The notes below the pieces were generated by a model. The model did not search any database and was not told the DNA's origin. It saw nothing but the letters and a program-made list of their open reading frames with translations. This document shows, in pieces, positions 50,261 to 64,000 of a DNA stretch of 64,000 bases. A program made the position numbers and the translations under genes. Source of the stretch: Yuukianura sp. NJ FZ-2021 (Eukaryota). The stretch covers positions 4,340,001 to 4,404,000 of the forward strand of contig CM102289.1 of assembly GCA_046563655.1 (NCBI GenBank), given 5' to 3'. Within the stretch, counting starts at the first letter, position 1; every line of letters begins with the position of its first letter.

Positions 50261-51564
50261 AGCAATTATTAAGTAGTGGCCAATAATCAACCTTTTGATA
50301 TCCGGTTGGCAAACAAAGATTGGTACGAAATGTACCCTGCAGTCCGACCGGTTCATGGGACATCCAACCAATTTAATGCCGCGCTTGACCGATCTCTTGC
50401 GCCGTTGCCGCCCTCTTTCTCTGCCCAACTCCACATTCCAACTTCAGATTCATCAATAATTAACCCACTCATCACCATTCGAGATTCCCCAGAAGCATTG
50501 TTGGTGGGTAAGCCGAAGGTTCGTAATTCTAGACTAATTTTAGTTTACATTTCACATGCATTTACATTTCCTAGAATAGGGCTACTTTTTACTTTAGAGA
50601 CAGTCACACAGTATAGTCTTGACACAGTCTTGTTGCCCCATACTGTAAACATTAAATAAAACAACATAACGCGTAATTCTCGATGTTCTGACTTTTCTGT
50701 GGCTTCACTACATTCACTTGCTCTCCCATACATTCATTCAGAGGTCATCGAAGAAGCATAAACTATGAATGGGTATCGAAGGAACAACGCATCTACCTCG
50801 CGTATGATGCGGATGAAGCGTAATACGCGTATGATGCGAAAGCAAAGCGTCGCAGCGTAGCAACAAAATGTAACTTCTCTAAATATAGGCTGCAAGTGTG
50901 CAGCTGTTCGATCATTTCCTTCAGTTAAACACGAATAAAAACGTTTAACACACTCTTCATAACGAAATTTCCAAACCTCCACGCTTCCAGCTCCAGCCAA
51001 AACCAACTCCACCCCAAACTACCGTGCCTACCGTGAACAACGACCAAGAACTCATTAACTAAAATTGGAACAATCCTCTCTACTAAAACTATTTCAATCT
51101 GTTTTTCTTGCCCCGATCCCTACTCTTAACTCTTCAAGGGCCCCGCCGCGCCGACAGCTTAACAAAACTCTCGCCCAACCAGGTGGAAGACATTCAGTGC
51201 CTTCATTGTCAATAATTATCAAAATGGGAGTTGACGTTTAACAAATTTTACACAACAATAAAGATTTATGAAATTGTTAACTTTTTCTGGGTTCGTTCGG
51301 TTGGATTGCAACAGTTGTTTCCCCCATGATTTTTCTCTGAGTAACTTCCCCCAGAGTTACCTTTTGCGCGTGTCATTTTCAACCCAAAAAATCAGAGTTT
51401 CGGGATACATGTACTTCCGACGACTATTTCACGGGTTTCTCAATTTTCCCATTTAGGTCATTATAAAATAGCCTTGCTTTTAAATTCTGAGCTTAATACG
51501 TGGAAGGATGGCGGAGTTACACTATTTCAACTAAGGTTGTTATCATGAAGTTATAAAATGAACT

Positions 51565-51745
51565 AACAGGTTATGCCATACCTCGTTTTTCTTTTCAAAA
51601 AATTACAAAAAAAAAACAACAAATGTAGGAACTTTGTACCAATCCCATTTGCTTTACATACATGGCTCGGCGGGAGGCCAACCTTCCAGACAAAAAAATC
51701 AAAATAAACATTTCTTTGTAAACAGGAGTTATGGCATAACCTATT
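51565..51745. mobile_element. MITE-like element (about 180 bp) downstream of MED23
   Basis: AGGTTATGCCATA near 51568 is inverted as TATGGCATAACCT near 51730-51742, with partial extension inward. Confidence 0.55.
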
Positions 51746-51956
51746 AAGAAAAAATAAAAAGAATTTCTAACCTTGATTCCAATTCTAAGTTAAGACGTCA
51801 ACCTTGCTTGGCCGCAGCAGCCAAAGTGTCGCCTTGAGTCCATCTCATCTCAATTCGGTGTAATGTCAGAATAGACGGTATTGGAGTTAAGTTGCGATAA
51901 GGGAGGTGTTTTCTATAGTGCATAAATTAAGTCAGGACTTAAAATAAATATTTACT

Positions 51957-54900
51957 TTACATCATGCTAGCGCTGGTTGAGGTGAAGGAGATCGCCGATG
52001 ATACTGGGTTTGTGGAAGGGTGTTGGTGTGTCATTGCAATGTCTTCCAAACTCAGGTGAGTAATAAATCGAAGTCGAAGTCTGAGTGACGCTCGTACAAA
52101 ATTTCGAATTTTTGTCTCCACTTCATTCTTGACGATGTCTCCAGTGAACATGTACTTGATATGGTAGAGGAGATCACAGAAAATGTCCATGTAGGAAAGT
52201 TCCCTCTCCGGGGGAGTTTCCCTGTCCACAGTGGATAGCAGATCGTAGAGAGCCACGGTCAGACGACAAACCATCTGTGGTTTCTCTCCATTAAAACGCT
52301 GCAGGAACGGCCCCACCATGTGGCAAATGTACAGTAACTGGATCTCGTTCTTCACAATTGGCATAAAGCCTTCTGTCACGAGGCTACAAACAAAATATGA
52401 AGGTTATAAGTATGACCTCTCTTTAATAGAGTAATTAACCATTCCATAACTCAGGAACAGGAATTAAGTTTCTCTACCGAGTGCTTCAATTAAGAAAAAT
52501 ACGTTTTCGCAAAATTGCCCCAATCGACACTCAGGTGGGTATTTTAATTAATTACGTTGTCTTATTTTGCATTGACATTGTTGTTACCTAGTACAACAAT
52601 GTCGAGTATTTTTTTTTTATTCGTTTTTGTAAAAGCATTCACTTTTCTGGTGATTAAGACCACACGGTAAAGAAACTTTATGCCTATAGGTTTGGTTCGC
52701 TATTACGCTTAGTAGTGGTTTTCAGTTTAACAGTTTGGTGGTTCACTTACAGCAGAATGTGATGGATGTGACCACTTCCAAGATGGTGCCACGTTGCATG
52801 AGTTATGGCTAGGAGATTGGCGTATTCTGAGTACAGATAAGATTCCTGGACAAGCTTAAAGTCAAACAGGGCGAGAGGTGAATACCGATGAGGCCAAGGT
52901 TTGTCCAGTTTCTTGACGGTAGCTACCAGCCGATTGTGTAAAACCAACCAGTAAGGATCTGGAAGGGACACTAGGATTAGTCCAGTAGCGTTTAGCCAAG
53001 ATTCAATTGAAGCCCCGTTTTCATTGGATGCAATCAGTGAGCGCCCTTCTGTCACTACGTCTAGGATTGACGATGCTGCGGCACTAGGCACCACTGCAAA
53101 ATCAATTACATGAGGTCAAGCAACTTCCAAAACGTCAACCATATTCCAGACGCAGAAGGTGTAAGACTAGTACCTGGCAACGCCATGATTTCGACGCATG
53201 TCGAGTGAAGAACATGCGCTGCTGGATTTGGAAACTCATTGTACCTGCAGAAGTAGATAAATCAAATCACCAATTGATTATCACAAATTACAACATAAAT
53301 CTTTCTTTAAGCTGCCGCTCTTCTCTCACCTCCAATCAACTCCAGCGAATATCTTCCGATTACCTTCAATCACTATAAAACACAAACACATTAACCTAAC
53401 AGCCGTTCTAAATTAACATTTGAATTGGTTTCGTTTTAAAACATAAAAACATACCATCCACAAATCTGCCGATTAGGGCTGCGTAATAGTCTGGTTCTGG
53501 AATCCAAGTTACTTCATCCACTCCGAATGAGGTCAGATAGTTGTTAAACTGGTCAGACAAAGCCCAGTTCGGTGGTTTGATATCCTTCAAGGATCCGATG
53601 ATCGTTCCGACCAACTTTTTCTTCAGAGCCGGCTTATCTCGCAACCTCCCTTCATAGTAGTGCAGAGTGTTGTACAAGTAAGTAATCGGCCGATCTAACA
53701 TGAAACATAATCCATATCAATGTTAATTAACACCGAACTTATTTAATATTTGGTAATATTGGGTCAAGTTAAATTTAATTGTAATATATACTTACCGTGG
53801 AATTTGTACAGAGCTCCCGTATGTTCTAAAATCATCTCAAGGCTCTTGCCGACGAGATGAATTTCCAAAAATCTATGAATAACTATGTCAAATACCTAGA
53901 GGCAAATAAAATCATCATTCAAGAAACCATTGTTACACTCATTTTTCGTACACACGTAACAACGTTCCCTTACAGGTAAGAAACGAAGACAAATATTTCC
54001 AAAGTAAACGGGAAGTTGATTCTGTTGTTGGTCTTCAAAAAGGTAAACTTCTGGGAACTTGGCACTAAACGCTTTGTGCTTCTCATGCCAGTTCGACTGT
54101 TTCCAGTGTTCAGGTGAATTGTCTTTAACAAACTCTTGAATTCGAGTTCTAAATTCTGCTGGTTTGACCATGAGTAGATGGATTATGAAGAAACAGACCT
54201 GTCCTTCATTCCCTTCTTGCGTCCTCAAAGCCTAGTTAAAAAAAGCGATTCGGTTAAGCGTTCGCTTATCAATTTTAAAGAATTTATGTTACCATGCAAA
54301 GTAAAAGCCGATCAAATGGAACCACGTTGTACTTCCAAATGAAGTCAATTATGGCATCCGTCAGTTTCGTAACATACTGCCCCTTGCCTAGGATGACAAA
54401 ATTGATTATAACAATTTTCTCTCTCGACAACTAGGCTTGTTTGAGTTTTCTCAAAAACTGACCTGCGTTTGCAAATTCACTGACAACGAAATCACAAAGC
54501 TTCCTCAGATGAGTCGACAAGCCCTTGGGTCCAATCTTGTCCAATATTTTGTACGCAGCAGGGTGAATACTGTCTCGGTCAATGATCATTTTCCAGACGA
54601 TACAGAGGAAGAGGGGCGGAGTTCCCATCAAAGAGAAGTGCTCAATAAGTTCCGTTTCATTTGACAGCATTGAGTTCCAGTTCATGTACTCTTCCTCAAC
54701 CATACTCTGAAATTACATAAATCATAACCAAATGAAAACAAAATCAATAGTCATGACGCGCCTTACCTTCAACTGCTGCTTGTTTTCCTTTGGGACTTGA
54801 TTTTGCTGGAAGTATTCTGCCAACACCGGAGGAAAGCTAAAATCATAGATAAGTAAACACACAAGAGAACAATGCTAGTAATGCTATGTACAGGTCAGCT

Positions 54901-57900
54901 GGAAGACCCACCATTGGATTGTGTGGCTTGACCAATTATGCGGAGTGTTTTGCATGATGAGCATCAGCATCTCTCGAAACCATCCACCGCTTCCAGTGAC
55001 ACTATCTGCTCCTGGACGTTCACAGAAAGTTACAAATAGAAGTTAGTTTTTAGAAGAAAAAATCCACTTGAAAGGCTTTTCAAACCTGTGACGTGAATGG
55101 CTCTGGCTATAGTTAGAACCAAGGCTCGATTCAACTCTTCCGATTCAGCAGACACGACACTTTTGGAGTCCGAAACTACTCGAGACAGCTGTGAATGGAC
55201 GTCGACACTGTTGAAGCCAGTGATGAGGCGTAAGGCTGCCATCTCCACACTGAAACAGCGCAAAACATTGGGTGATACTTTGAGAATATTCTGACTAAAA
55301 TTTGTTTGCTGCTTTACCATAAATGAAGTTGAGGAACACTCGTCGCCGCTAGCGAGTTTAGGTGACAGAGAAGCTGAACACGATAGTGCGGCTGAACATG
55401 ATGCAATCTGTAAAAAAAATTTCAAGAATTAGTTGTCAAAAAAATAGCAGTTCGAAAACTGTTCTTCTTGAAACTGAAAATCACCTGTAGGAAAACATTT
55501 CTAGAAGAGTGTGGAGAATGCCCCAATTTTGATACTTATATACAGCAGGTAAAAGTTGTGCTAAAAAATTAGTTCAAAATATTAAAGTATTTGGCCACCA
55601 CTTTTGAAAAAGATTCTTACAGATGAATCCCTTGATTCCAAGTGATTCTATTTCCAAGTAAACAAGCAGTCGAGCATATGATTCAATCAATGCTGGTCCC
55701 AGTGTCTGTTGTGATGTTGGTTTTGTTGCTGCAATTTTCATGATGTGCGTCACCACTGAATGGATTAAACTCATCTTTGTGTGAACTGTCAGGGAATCCA
55801 GCATCTGCACTGAAAGAGGTGACGAATTGGTTCCATGAATCGCCTCAACCAATGCAGCCATTGGTCTATATACAAAAATAATACTATAGACGTGAAAATA
55901 AATTATCGTTTTATCAAATATTAGAGAGTTCACCTTGAGAAATGGTCTTGACTTGTAGAAAATGCATTACATAAAAGTGCAATGCGAAAATCATTAGTAA
56001 GCGTTGGCGGTGTTGTGTTTGACTGGACTAGCATTTGAAGGAAGTCGTAATGTTTCCTCAGAGCGGAGGGTAGAGGCCTTGGAAGATTCTGGTTATCAGT
56101 TTGTGCCTTTTTCAAAATGTGAATCCAGATACAAGTCCCTGCAAGTGCCGTAGTTGTAAGTGTTTCTGGAACTGGAAGTGGTTCTTTTTCCGGAAAAAGG
56201 AGATCGTACAGCTGTAGCACTGGGATAAAGTCGTTGAGCTGAAATTGAAATTCTATGTCAATTTTTTCGTTGGCTATTACAAAAATATTCTATTGTATAC
56301 TGGGATTTGGAAGTAAACAATTTCGATAAAGTTGAAACAATCAGTCTGTTGATTCAAATAAAAAGAAGACTAACCGGATTTTTTTGAATACTTCCTGAAA
56401 TGAACTGAAGCAGAATCCACATGAGGCAGTCTCGACCCTTGATGAGTTTCGACTGTGCCAACTGGAAGGCAATTTAACAGAAATTACAAACTCTCACACA
56501 TATTAATATTAACATGGTGAAAAGCAACCGGAAAACCAAAAAACAACTGCTAAAACAAAAACACATTTTTTAAATACCTTGTCATGAATAGACAGAACAA
56601 TCGATGGGAAGTTGGCAAATTGGAACAGAACAAAAAAGATCAGCTGAGTTGAAAGATGTTGCCAAAGCCACAGGGTTGTTCCTGATATTTCCTCGGCTCC
56701 AGAGGCTGAATCAGCTGCTTGATTCATTTCTGCTTCAGTTTTTTCCATGGCCATCACAATTAGCTCCACAATCTGTTCCTCCAATGCCATGCATCTCATC
56801 TTGTGCTACAAAAAGGCATGATATTCAAAGAGAAAACATTGAAAATTGAATTTGCTAATTTGTAGCTTAATAGATAACAAAGGAACCAACCTGTTTCTGT
56901 AGTCCAACAATGGCGCAGGCCATGTCTCTGGAGTAAGGTTGCTCTAAGACGTATCGTAACAACTTCTCTTGAGGCTGCAGTAATTCCTTGTCGTATGGTA
57001 AATTTCCTTTGAGTACAAATCGTAGTGTCGCCTGATCCAGTTTCCATGAGTGGATCAAGTAACCAGAATGAATGGAATGTTCAACAACGGGGAGCATCTT
57101 TGACCGCCCGATGACAGTGACCGTTTGGGCAATCGGTCGAAAACTGTTAACAAAGTTCCATAGGAGTTCGCTCACACGCCAATGAGGTCGCTTGTTGTCG
57201 GGATATGTCTTCAACACTTCGTTCACAATAAAATATGCTGGTAGGAGACAGCTGTTCCGGTTAAAAATATATTCAACTAATCGTAGAACTGACTCCATTT
57301 GAACGAATAAAGATTCTGGAATGTTTTCAGGGAACGTAGACAGCTTATCCATACACGTCTAAAGGTCAAAAATGAATAACTAAGTGTAATTGTTAATGTA
57401 TCGTAATGATGGTGGTTAGACAGATATTGGATATCTTACCTTCATAATTTCTCTCACGCCTTTATAATCCACTCCCTCAATAACTTTTCGAATGAGCACA
57501 AATGTCTTGATCCAAAATCTTCTATTCGATGGAACCAATTTGTCTGATGTCAACAACAACTCGCATGTCAACCTCGCAGGCACAATGGAGTTTGCGATAA
57601 GCTTCTCCAGGAAGTTGACTATGATGTTAACAGTTTCCTCATTCCTATGTGCACCAGCAGTCGTAATAATCTGTTTAATTCCATACTCGAATTGATCCTT
57701 GGTTGTATTCTCCAGAAACACTTTGGCGATCTGATCGTAAATGGATTGGTATACTTCATCGGTGAACTCATGGTCATGGATCATGACGCCATTGAAGGCT
57801 GCTTGAATATTTCGAATTTCCTAAAAAAAAAAGCAATCAACTAAATGCATAAAGGTGATTCTAAAGTTCAGAATGCGGACATGAAATAGTGACCGGATAT

Positions 57901-58001
57901 TAATCATTAAGGATTAAACTTACTGTAAACTCCTTCATAATATGGCGTATCTGTTCCGCGCTGTCGTGGACCATCATCGGATTTGGAGTGGACGATTGCA
58001 T
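51957..58001 (-). CDS. MED23: Mediator of RNA polymerase II transcription subunit 23, about 21 exons
   Basis: VDYKGVREIMK, FNRNSCLLPAYFIVNE, LLRYVLEQPYSRDM, LDSLTVHTKMSLIHS, EIESLGIKGFISQLLP, LPVYFGNICLRFLPV, DRPITYLYNTLHYYE, YNEFPNPAAH and FCDLLYHIKYMFTGD; the introns I checked are GT-AG and in phase. Confidence 0.96.
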
Positions 58002-59775
58002 ACTTCGGCTTCGCTTCTTAAGCCCCTAAAACTGGCGAAATTAAACTGCTTAATTTCTATCAACAAATCATCAATACTGATTAAGTCACCGATTTTGTTC
58101 CATCGCCTTTAATCTTAATCGCAATCGATTGGATTTTTGCTAAAACTACTTATTTAGCCATTACGCTGAAAATGCTTCTGTTCGTCGTGTCAGTTCCAGG
58201 TGGAGTGCCTCACTAAGTATAAAAAAGGTGAAACTGTGCAGCCAACCCCAACCGTCCCATGGACGACCGAAACGACATCCACAAAAGTTGTTCGGGTGGT
58301 GTGGAAATCAAACCGCGCTCGAGACGGGATTAAAAGCACTCGGTACGTTGGAGTGACTATTCCTCAGAATCCTAGGATTAGGTTTCGTGAGCATCACAAT
58401 TCTGAGGATTAGACTTGAATCCACGGAGATGATGGGTGGAACAGGAACCAAAGACGGGACGTTTAGACTTTGGTTGTTATGCAAGGGCCCCGATGCGCCG
58501 CACCAGCAAAGCGCACGTATGTTTTGGTTTGTTTATGGATTCTTTTCAATTTCCTGAACTTTTTCCAGGAATATGCGTCAGTTTGGACTTAATTATCGAT
58601 ATATTACTTGTATCGTTCATTTTACTCTAATTTAAATGCTAAACAACTTAAGTACGAGTCAATACAAGTAATAAATAATAAATCAATTTATTTCATGTGA
58701 AAATGCGAAGAAAATAGGATTGTTTCTTAAAAAAGCTAACATGCGTCTTTATGGGGAAATTTCAATTTTCGAAATTCACAAAAGAAAAAAAACAGACGTC
58801 CGGACGTCCCATCATTTCCGGAAAAAAATTCTTTCAGAATCGAATTCAGCACGCGTGAATTAGTAGTTACTAAAACTGTATGTCGTCGGAATTCATAGTT
58901 CGCCCCAAAGGCACATATTTTCCTTATTTCATTGTCAGCTTAATAATTCTAAGCGGTAACCCTCAAATTAAAAATAATTCAGTTACAGAAGTAACCGGCA
59001 GTCTCGAAATCTAATTTTCTCATAAACGTGCAGAAGGGTGCTGAATTCTGTCAGCACGCTTTGGCACTCTTTCCTACAGAATTTTTTTTAACATTTTGAA
59101 ATCATTTTATATTATTTATCGTTCAATCCTGTAGCCATTGGGCGTCCCATTTCCCATTTCGTATGAAATATCAAACTCCAAAACAATCGTCTCATTCCCA
59201 AACTATTCATTCAAAGCCATTGGAAAGGTGGTCGGGCGGGGAAGGGGGAGGGTTGGACCATTACTTGTATTGCCTTGTTCGCAAATTGTCAAAAAACGCA
59301 AACAAATTTGTATAATGAGCAAATTAGCATGAACTCGGGGTGCTTGTTAACGCATTCAAAAACAGTTTATTTAACTTCGGTCTTAGATTTAAAATTTGGA
59401 TTTTTACTTAAACCGAACTCTAAATTTAACGGATAAACTACACACTTTGTTCCTACAAAACGCTCCCATGATCCATATTAATCAGAACGGCAAAATCCTT
59501 AAAATAAAGTACTTTAAAATCGTCTAGTAAGGCCCCTGTCGTAATTAATTATAGCTATTTACCTAACTGGGAGCCCATACTTATGTAATATAGGGCACCA
59601 GCTAGTATTTAGGTTTCCAAAATATAAACGGTAGAGTTGATAGCTGTATAGTATAAACGAAACAAACTTGAAAACTTTTCGATATAGTGGGCCAGTGCTG
59701 GTGGTGAATGAAAGGGTTGTTATACCTGACGTTAGCTGTCACATAATTTTTCCGATTTCTTTACGCGGCGGGTTA

Positions 59776-61014
59776 TCAGGATGGAGATGTAAGCATGCCA
59801 GAAACAAGTTCCTTCATTACAGCCGGAGGTGTATTATATGGGTGATTACTATTTCGTAGTATCTGCAAAAAGACAAGTCAAATGGAAAATGTAAATCCTA
59901 AAAAACTTTGTACAATCCTGATATAAAATTAGCTGTGCATACCGTATAAACATTTTCGACAGTAGCGAGTCGTTCAAAAAAGGGTATGAGGTAAAGAAGT
60001 TCTGTATCTGAGGTGTCATCAAACCACGAAGCTACAGGCACGGCATTATCGGGGTGAAAAATATAACTCGCTGGGGAGTTATCAACAATTATAACTCTCT
60101 GGAGACTTCGGCCTAGTTTATTCAAGTCCTTGACGTAGTTCCCACTGAAAGTATAAGGAAATTGATTTAGAGCCATGTAACAGTATCAGTATAAGGTTCG
60201 CATTTAGTGCTCTAAATTCCTGCGTTTAGTTTTCATGGTCTCATAAAAAATATACAAAATATTTTGAAAAAAAAAAGAAACTTACGATTAGTTTATCTGA
60301 AGTGATTTAGAATTATTAGTAATTTTACTCAAACTATGTTAGTTTTAGCAAAGTCGATCAAATAAATTGTTACCGATGGAAGACGCATGCATCACGAAAA
60401 AGGCGAGCCTTGAATACACCCCATTTGTCCAGTAAATCTGCAACAGGATCGGCGTACTTTGCCAAGGAAGCGGTGAAAAGAACACACTCATAAAGTGGAC
60501 CCATCTTTTCAAGAAATTCATCCACATAAGGCCGTTTGGCGACGTAAACTTGATGAATTGTTCCGTCAATCTCAACCGGGACGATGAAATCAGCGTTCGA
60601 AATTGGCTTGAAGGATGAATGGACGAGCGTTTCATCTAAATCAATTACCATGGTAGGCTTTGATAAATGTGGATCGGGGGGAAGTAGAAATCCTTCATTT
60701 GCGTCGCCTGAACCCAATACGCTTCCAATACTGCCTCCAGCAAGTCCAATCCCTATTCCCATGCCGCTGCTTGAGTTACTATTGTCTATCATTGCCACGC
60801 TTCCGTTGTTAGTTTCTTGTAGCTGATCTTCGTGGACTGGAACCTCCGGAGGCTTCTTCTTCTTCCGACACGCCCCGCAACATAGCATTTTTCTAAAAAA
60901 GGATTGTCGGCACGCCTTGGTTTGTTTCTCCGGAGGAGACTTCTCGTCCGTTTCAATTGATGTCGATCCATCCTCTCCGTCCGGTCGCCTTACTTGCGTT
61001 ATAACAGAATCCAT
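59776..61014 (-). CDS. CTDSP: Small CTD phosphatase (CTDSP1/2/L, SCP family), 3 coding exons
   Basis: Catalytic [11 protein letters not shown] motif, palmitoylation-type [19 protein letters not shown] and [19 protein letters not shown]. Exons are 61014-60374, 60145-59943 and about 59862-59776. Confidence 0.93.
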
Positions 61015-64000
61015 CCCGATTCGCGCTGCGGGCGATCCGAGGTAAGACTTGATAAGAACTGTTAGCTGTTGGATACTGAACGGTTTTGATCCAAATTGAA
61101 TAGTAATGTCATGTTTCTTATGTAATGAACTTGAAATGATCCGAGTTTGGTTTATTCAATTTCAAAGGGCGGGAGGATCTGTGCACGACCAGCCTTCTTT
61201 TGTCCCTGTAAATAAATAATAAAAATATTTATTAATTAATTATCAATACCTCGTCAACATTCCCGTAATCCCGTAATCAGCCAAAGTTTTGGACGTGAGC
61301 CTCCTATTATGTAACTAACAGAAATTAGCAGACTTGGAAATGGAATTGATTTGATGATAATTACACTCATGCGCAAAGAGGTGTGAAGATTAGATATAAC
61401 GGATTTTTTTTGAAAATCCCTTACTTTGGATGAAATTTTTCCAAGAATACTATAAGGAACATTGGAAGTTCTGGATGTGGACCGTCTGGAAGTAACTTTT
61501 TCTTCATAATTTTGAAAATGGGTCATACATAAGGAAACGCGATGCGGAAAAGTCAATTGCAATTTTCAAAATTCTGAAAAAAAAATACTCCATTTGCGAC
61601 AATTTTTTCTACGCTTTTTGTAATCAGTGGCCCTTATTAGTCTTCACAGTAAAATTTTCATCCAAATCACAAAAAGCACATGATAGAAAAATTTTACCGC
61701 AATGAGGTATACAAAAGTGATCGAAGTCTGTAGCATTATTGGTTGTGGTCTCGAGGTAACAAAAGCTTAAGACTATACAACTCGTTCAGTTGAACAAGAC
61801 GCACGTTTTATAGCACATGACCTCGCAGCAATACGTTGAGGTCACACCTCAAAAGTTGTGTTTGGTTAGATCTTCAATAATCACCCTGTTGGACTTTGAC
61901 AGTATGTCGAGGTAGGAGTTCATACCCGATCAAATATCGTCATATTAAATTAAATCAATGTCTCCCAAGTCCAATATATGGAGTACAATGTAATCTTATG
62001 GAATGACCTTGGCCCACGCCCAACGTTCTTTTGTTGCCTGCAATTATTCCTTCCTCCGGTTTGTGGAACCACTGCAGAAGAAAAGTTTAGTACATATTCT
62101 TTCACCCACTATATTCCGCAAATATTGTCGGTATAGAATATATTCGGGTGAATCGTGGTTAGTTTCAAGTTCAGTTCCCATACTCATACTCTAATACCCG
62201 AATTCCAAGGTTAGGTTTGTTTACGAAACCTGGGTTCTTTTGGGTTTACGTTAACATCGCCTGATTTGGGTATTAGAAATACGACGAAGGACTAAATATA
62301 TAATGTGCAAGGACATCATTGTATTTGTTACGTAAGAGCATGGGAATTGACCTGAAAATTGGTAATGTATAGAAATAACCCAAATCCATCCCTTAAAATA
62401 GTCATACCGTTCCAGTTCTTCCTGTAAACCAAAGTCGTGTCCAATCGGTGTATGAAGTATAGTGTACAGTGTAAATCCGTTGCTAATTTCAGCGTTAACG
62501 ACTTAAGTTAGTGAAGTTATGACACCTGTGAAACACAAATTCGAAGTGAGATAGTGTTAATTTCATCTAACACTGCACTGGGTGCAATTTAACCTACACC
62601 TTCCTTTGAAAGTTGTTGATCTTCGTAGAAAGTTTCACTCCTCAGACCTTTGCAGATATCGGCAATTTCGGTGCCGCACTTTTTTTTCGTTCAAGTGAGT
62701 TGTGGGTGCAACTTTTGAGAATTTAGTGCAGAAATTGCCATACTTCAGGCATAATATCCATCTACCCGTGCCTTAAAGCTACCAAGCGTTAATTTTGGTA
62801 AACAATAAGCATATTATAAAATACACTGTATTTCACTATGTTTCTGTTAGTACGTAATGATCAGTTGAATTAGAGTATAAAGCGCGTCCTGTTTCTTTCA
62901 CTACTTGGCCTCCCCCTCATGATTACCTATCAATTGGCAAACCACAACCCTCATGTTGCAAAATACAGCAACGTTTAAATCGGTTCAGGTTCTTATTATT
63001 ATGCGACCGAATGATGAGTACTAAAGTTGTTTACTATAAAAAGGAAGCTTACGCTTTTGGCTTTTCCTTTAAAAAAATTGTTCAAATCGAACATTAGTTT
63101 CTCACCGGACTATTCCGACTTTTCGTGTTATGAAATGCTAGGAATTTTCGTTACTAGTATTAAAAGGCCATGGGGGGTAACAGAGGTAATGCAGAGCATT
63201 GAATGATAAGTTCTGAAAAATTTAATCAAACTTTAACAATTTATGTGAAGTCCCGCCAATTAAAATTGTATTAAGCATTGCTGGGTTATATGTCACCGCG
63301 TGTATCACTTGCACATACCCGTACAGACAACTCTTAACATGTTTCTTGTTGGCCTTGAAGCTTTCAAACCAGAAAATCGAGTTTTATATTTCTGGGAGCA
63401 GTAAATATGTAATTGTTATATCTTCCATGCTTTTTATTTCCGACTACTTGGTATTGTATCATTTCTAATCCCGCTTCTATGCTTCTGAAAACCTTTCATT
63501 TTATAGTTTAAGCAAGGTTCCGTTTTCTCAAAAATGGTTTGCTGACTATGGCTCTGATGGTAGTAGTAGCTACCATCTCAAAATCCGTTTACAATAAATA
63601 CATTTCCGGTTTACTTTAACAGAACTTTGAATTTCACCCTACAAATGCTGTTGTACCAATACTTTCCGACGATGCAGAGGAATAGTGCCCAAACTTTTTT
63701 CATTACCATCGCATAACGCATTGCAGATTGTTCTGGTTGTTCGTTCAACCCTTCGCACTACTTTATGGCATGGCGAATTCCACCAATTGACGCTGAGGAA
63801 GTAACGCTTTGACGAGAAATTGATTTTAAATTCAGCTCGTTTTCTGATGTTGTGAAAATTTATATTGATAACAATACTACGCCTCCGTTTTCTTATTTTA
63901 ACATTTTGATTTCGCCCAGGAAAAACTTCCATCATGTTTATATGGGAAACCAAGCGCAATCAAAAATTTATAGTTTTTATGATGAGGCAACTTAAAAAGA

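Noticed and set aside
50276..50659. 127-aa ORF after the integrase fragment
   Set aside because: GTG start, no recognisable domain, and it lies within a decayed element.
60146..60373. miR-26-like hairpin in a CTDSP intron (vertebrate host-gene arrangement)
   Set aside because: The intron is AT-rich with no such hairpin or seed seen.
1..64000. U12-type (RTATCCTT) introns, CRISPR arrays, rRNA/tRNA genes and prokaryotic systems
   Set aside because: The RTATCCTT matches I saw were antisense or mid-intron. There are no regularly spaced repeats or RNA-gene folds, and the DNA is clearly eukaryotic.

Overview
This is a gene-dense, intron-rich eukaryotic window with short, mostly GT-AG introns and AT-rich intergenic DNA. 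It looks like a compact invertebrate genome, probably arthropod (inference only). I read 14 housekeeping-type protein genes by manual exon stitching: STOML2 (5' part only, missed by the ORF track), FHIP/FAM160, TCF25, a PLEKHG7-like RhoGEF, HRG1/SLC48A1, BAP18, CHMP5, SLC25A39/40, RNF7/RBX2, a CdGAPr/ARHGAP32-33-like RhoGAP, MUS81, VIPAS39, MED23 and a CTDSP phosphatase. Many are in tight head-to-head or tail-to-tail pairs. Non-genic features include several MITE-like elements (one with an intact 8-bp TSD and GG termini upstream of VIPAS39), a decayed Ty3/gypsy integrase, long hairpins and a duplicated, apparently spliced orphan locus at 47-48.7 kb. Two introns need GC donors, and several introns hold candidate structured RNAs. 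I cannot support a clearly new biological system. The best leads are the intronic ncRNA candidates, the Merlin/hAT-like MITE and the orphan spliced locus. Gene names rest on recalled motif similarity, not database searches, and exon boundaries are manual reads.
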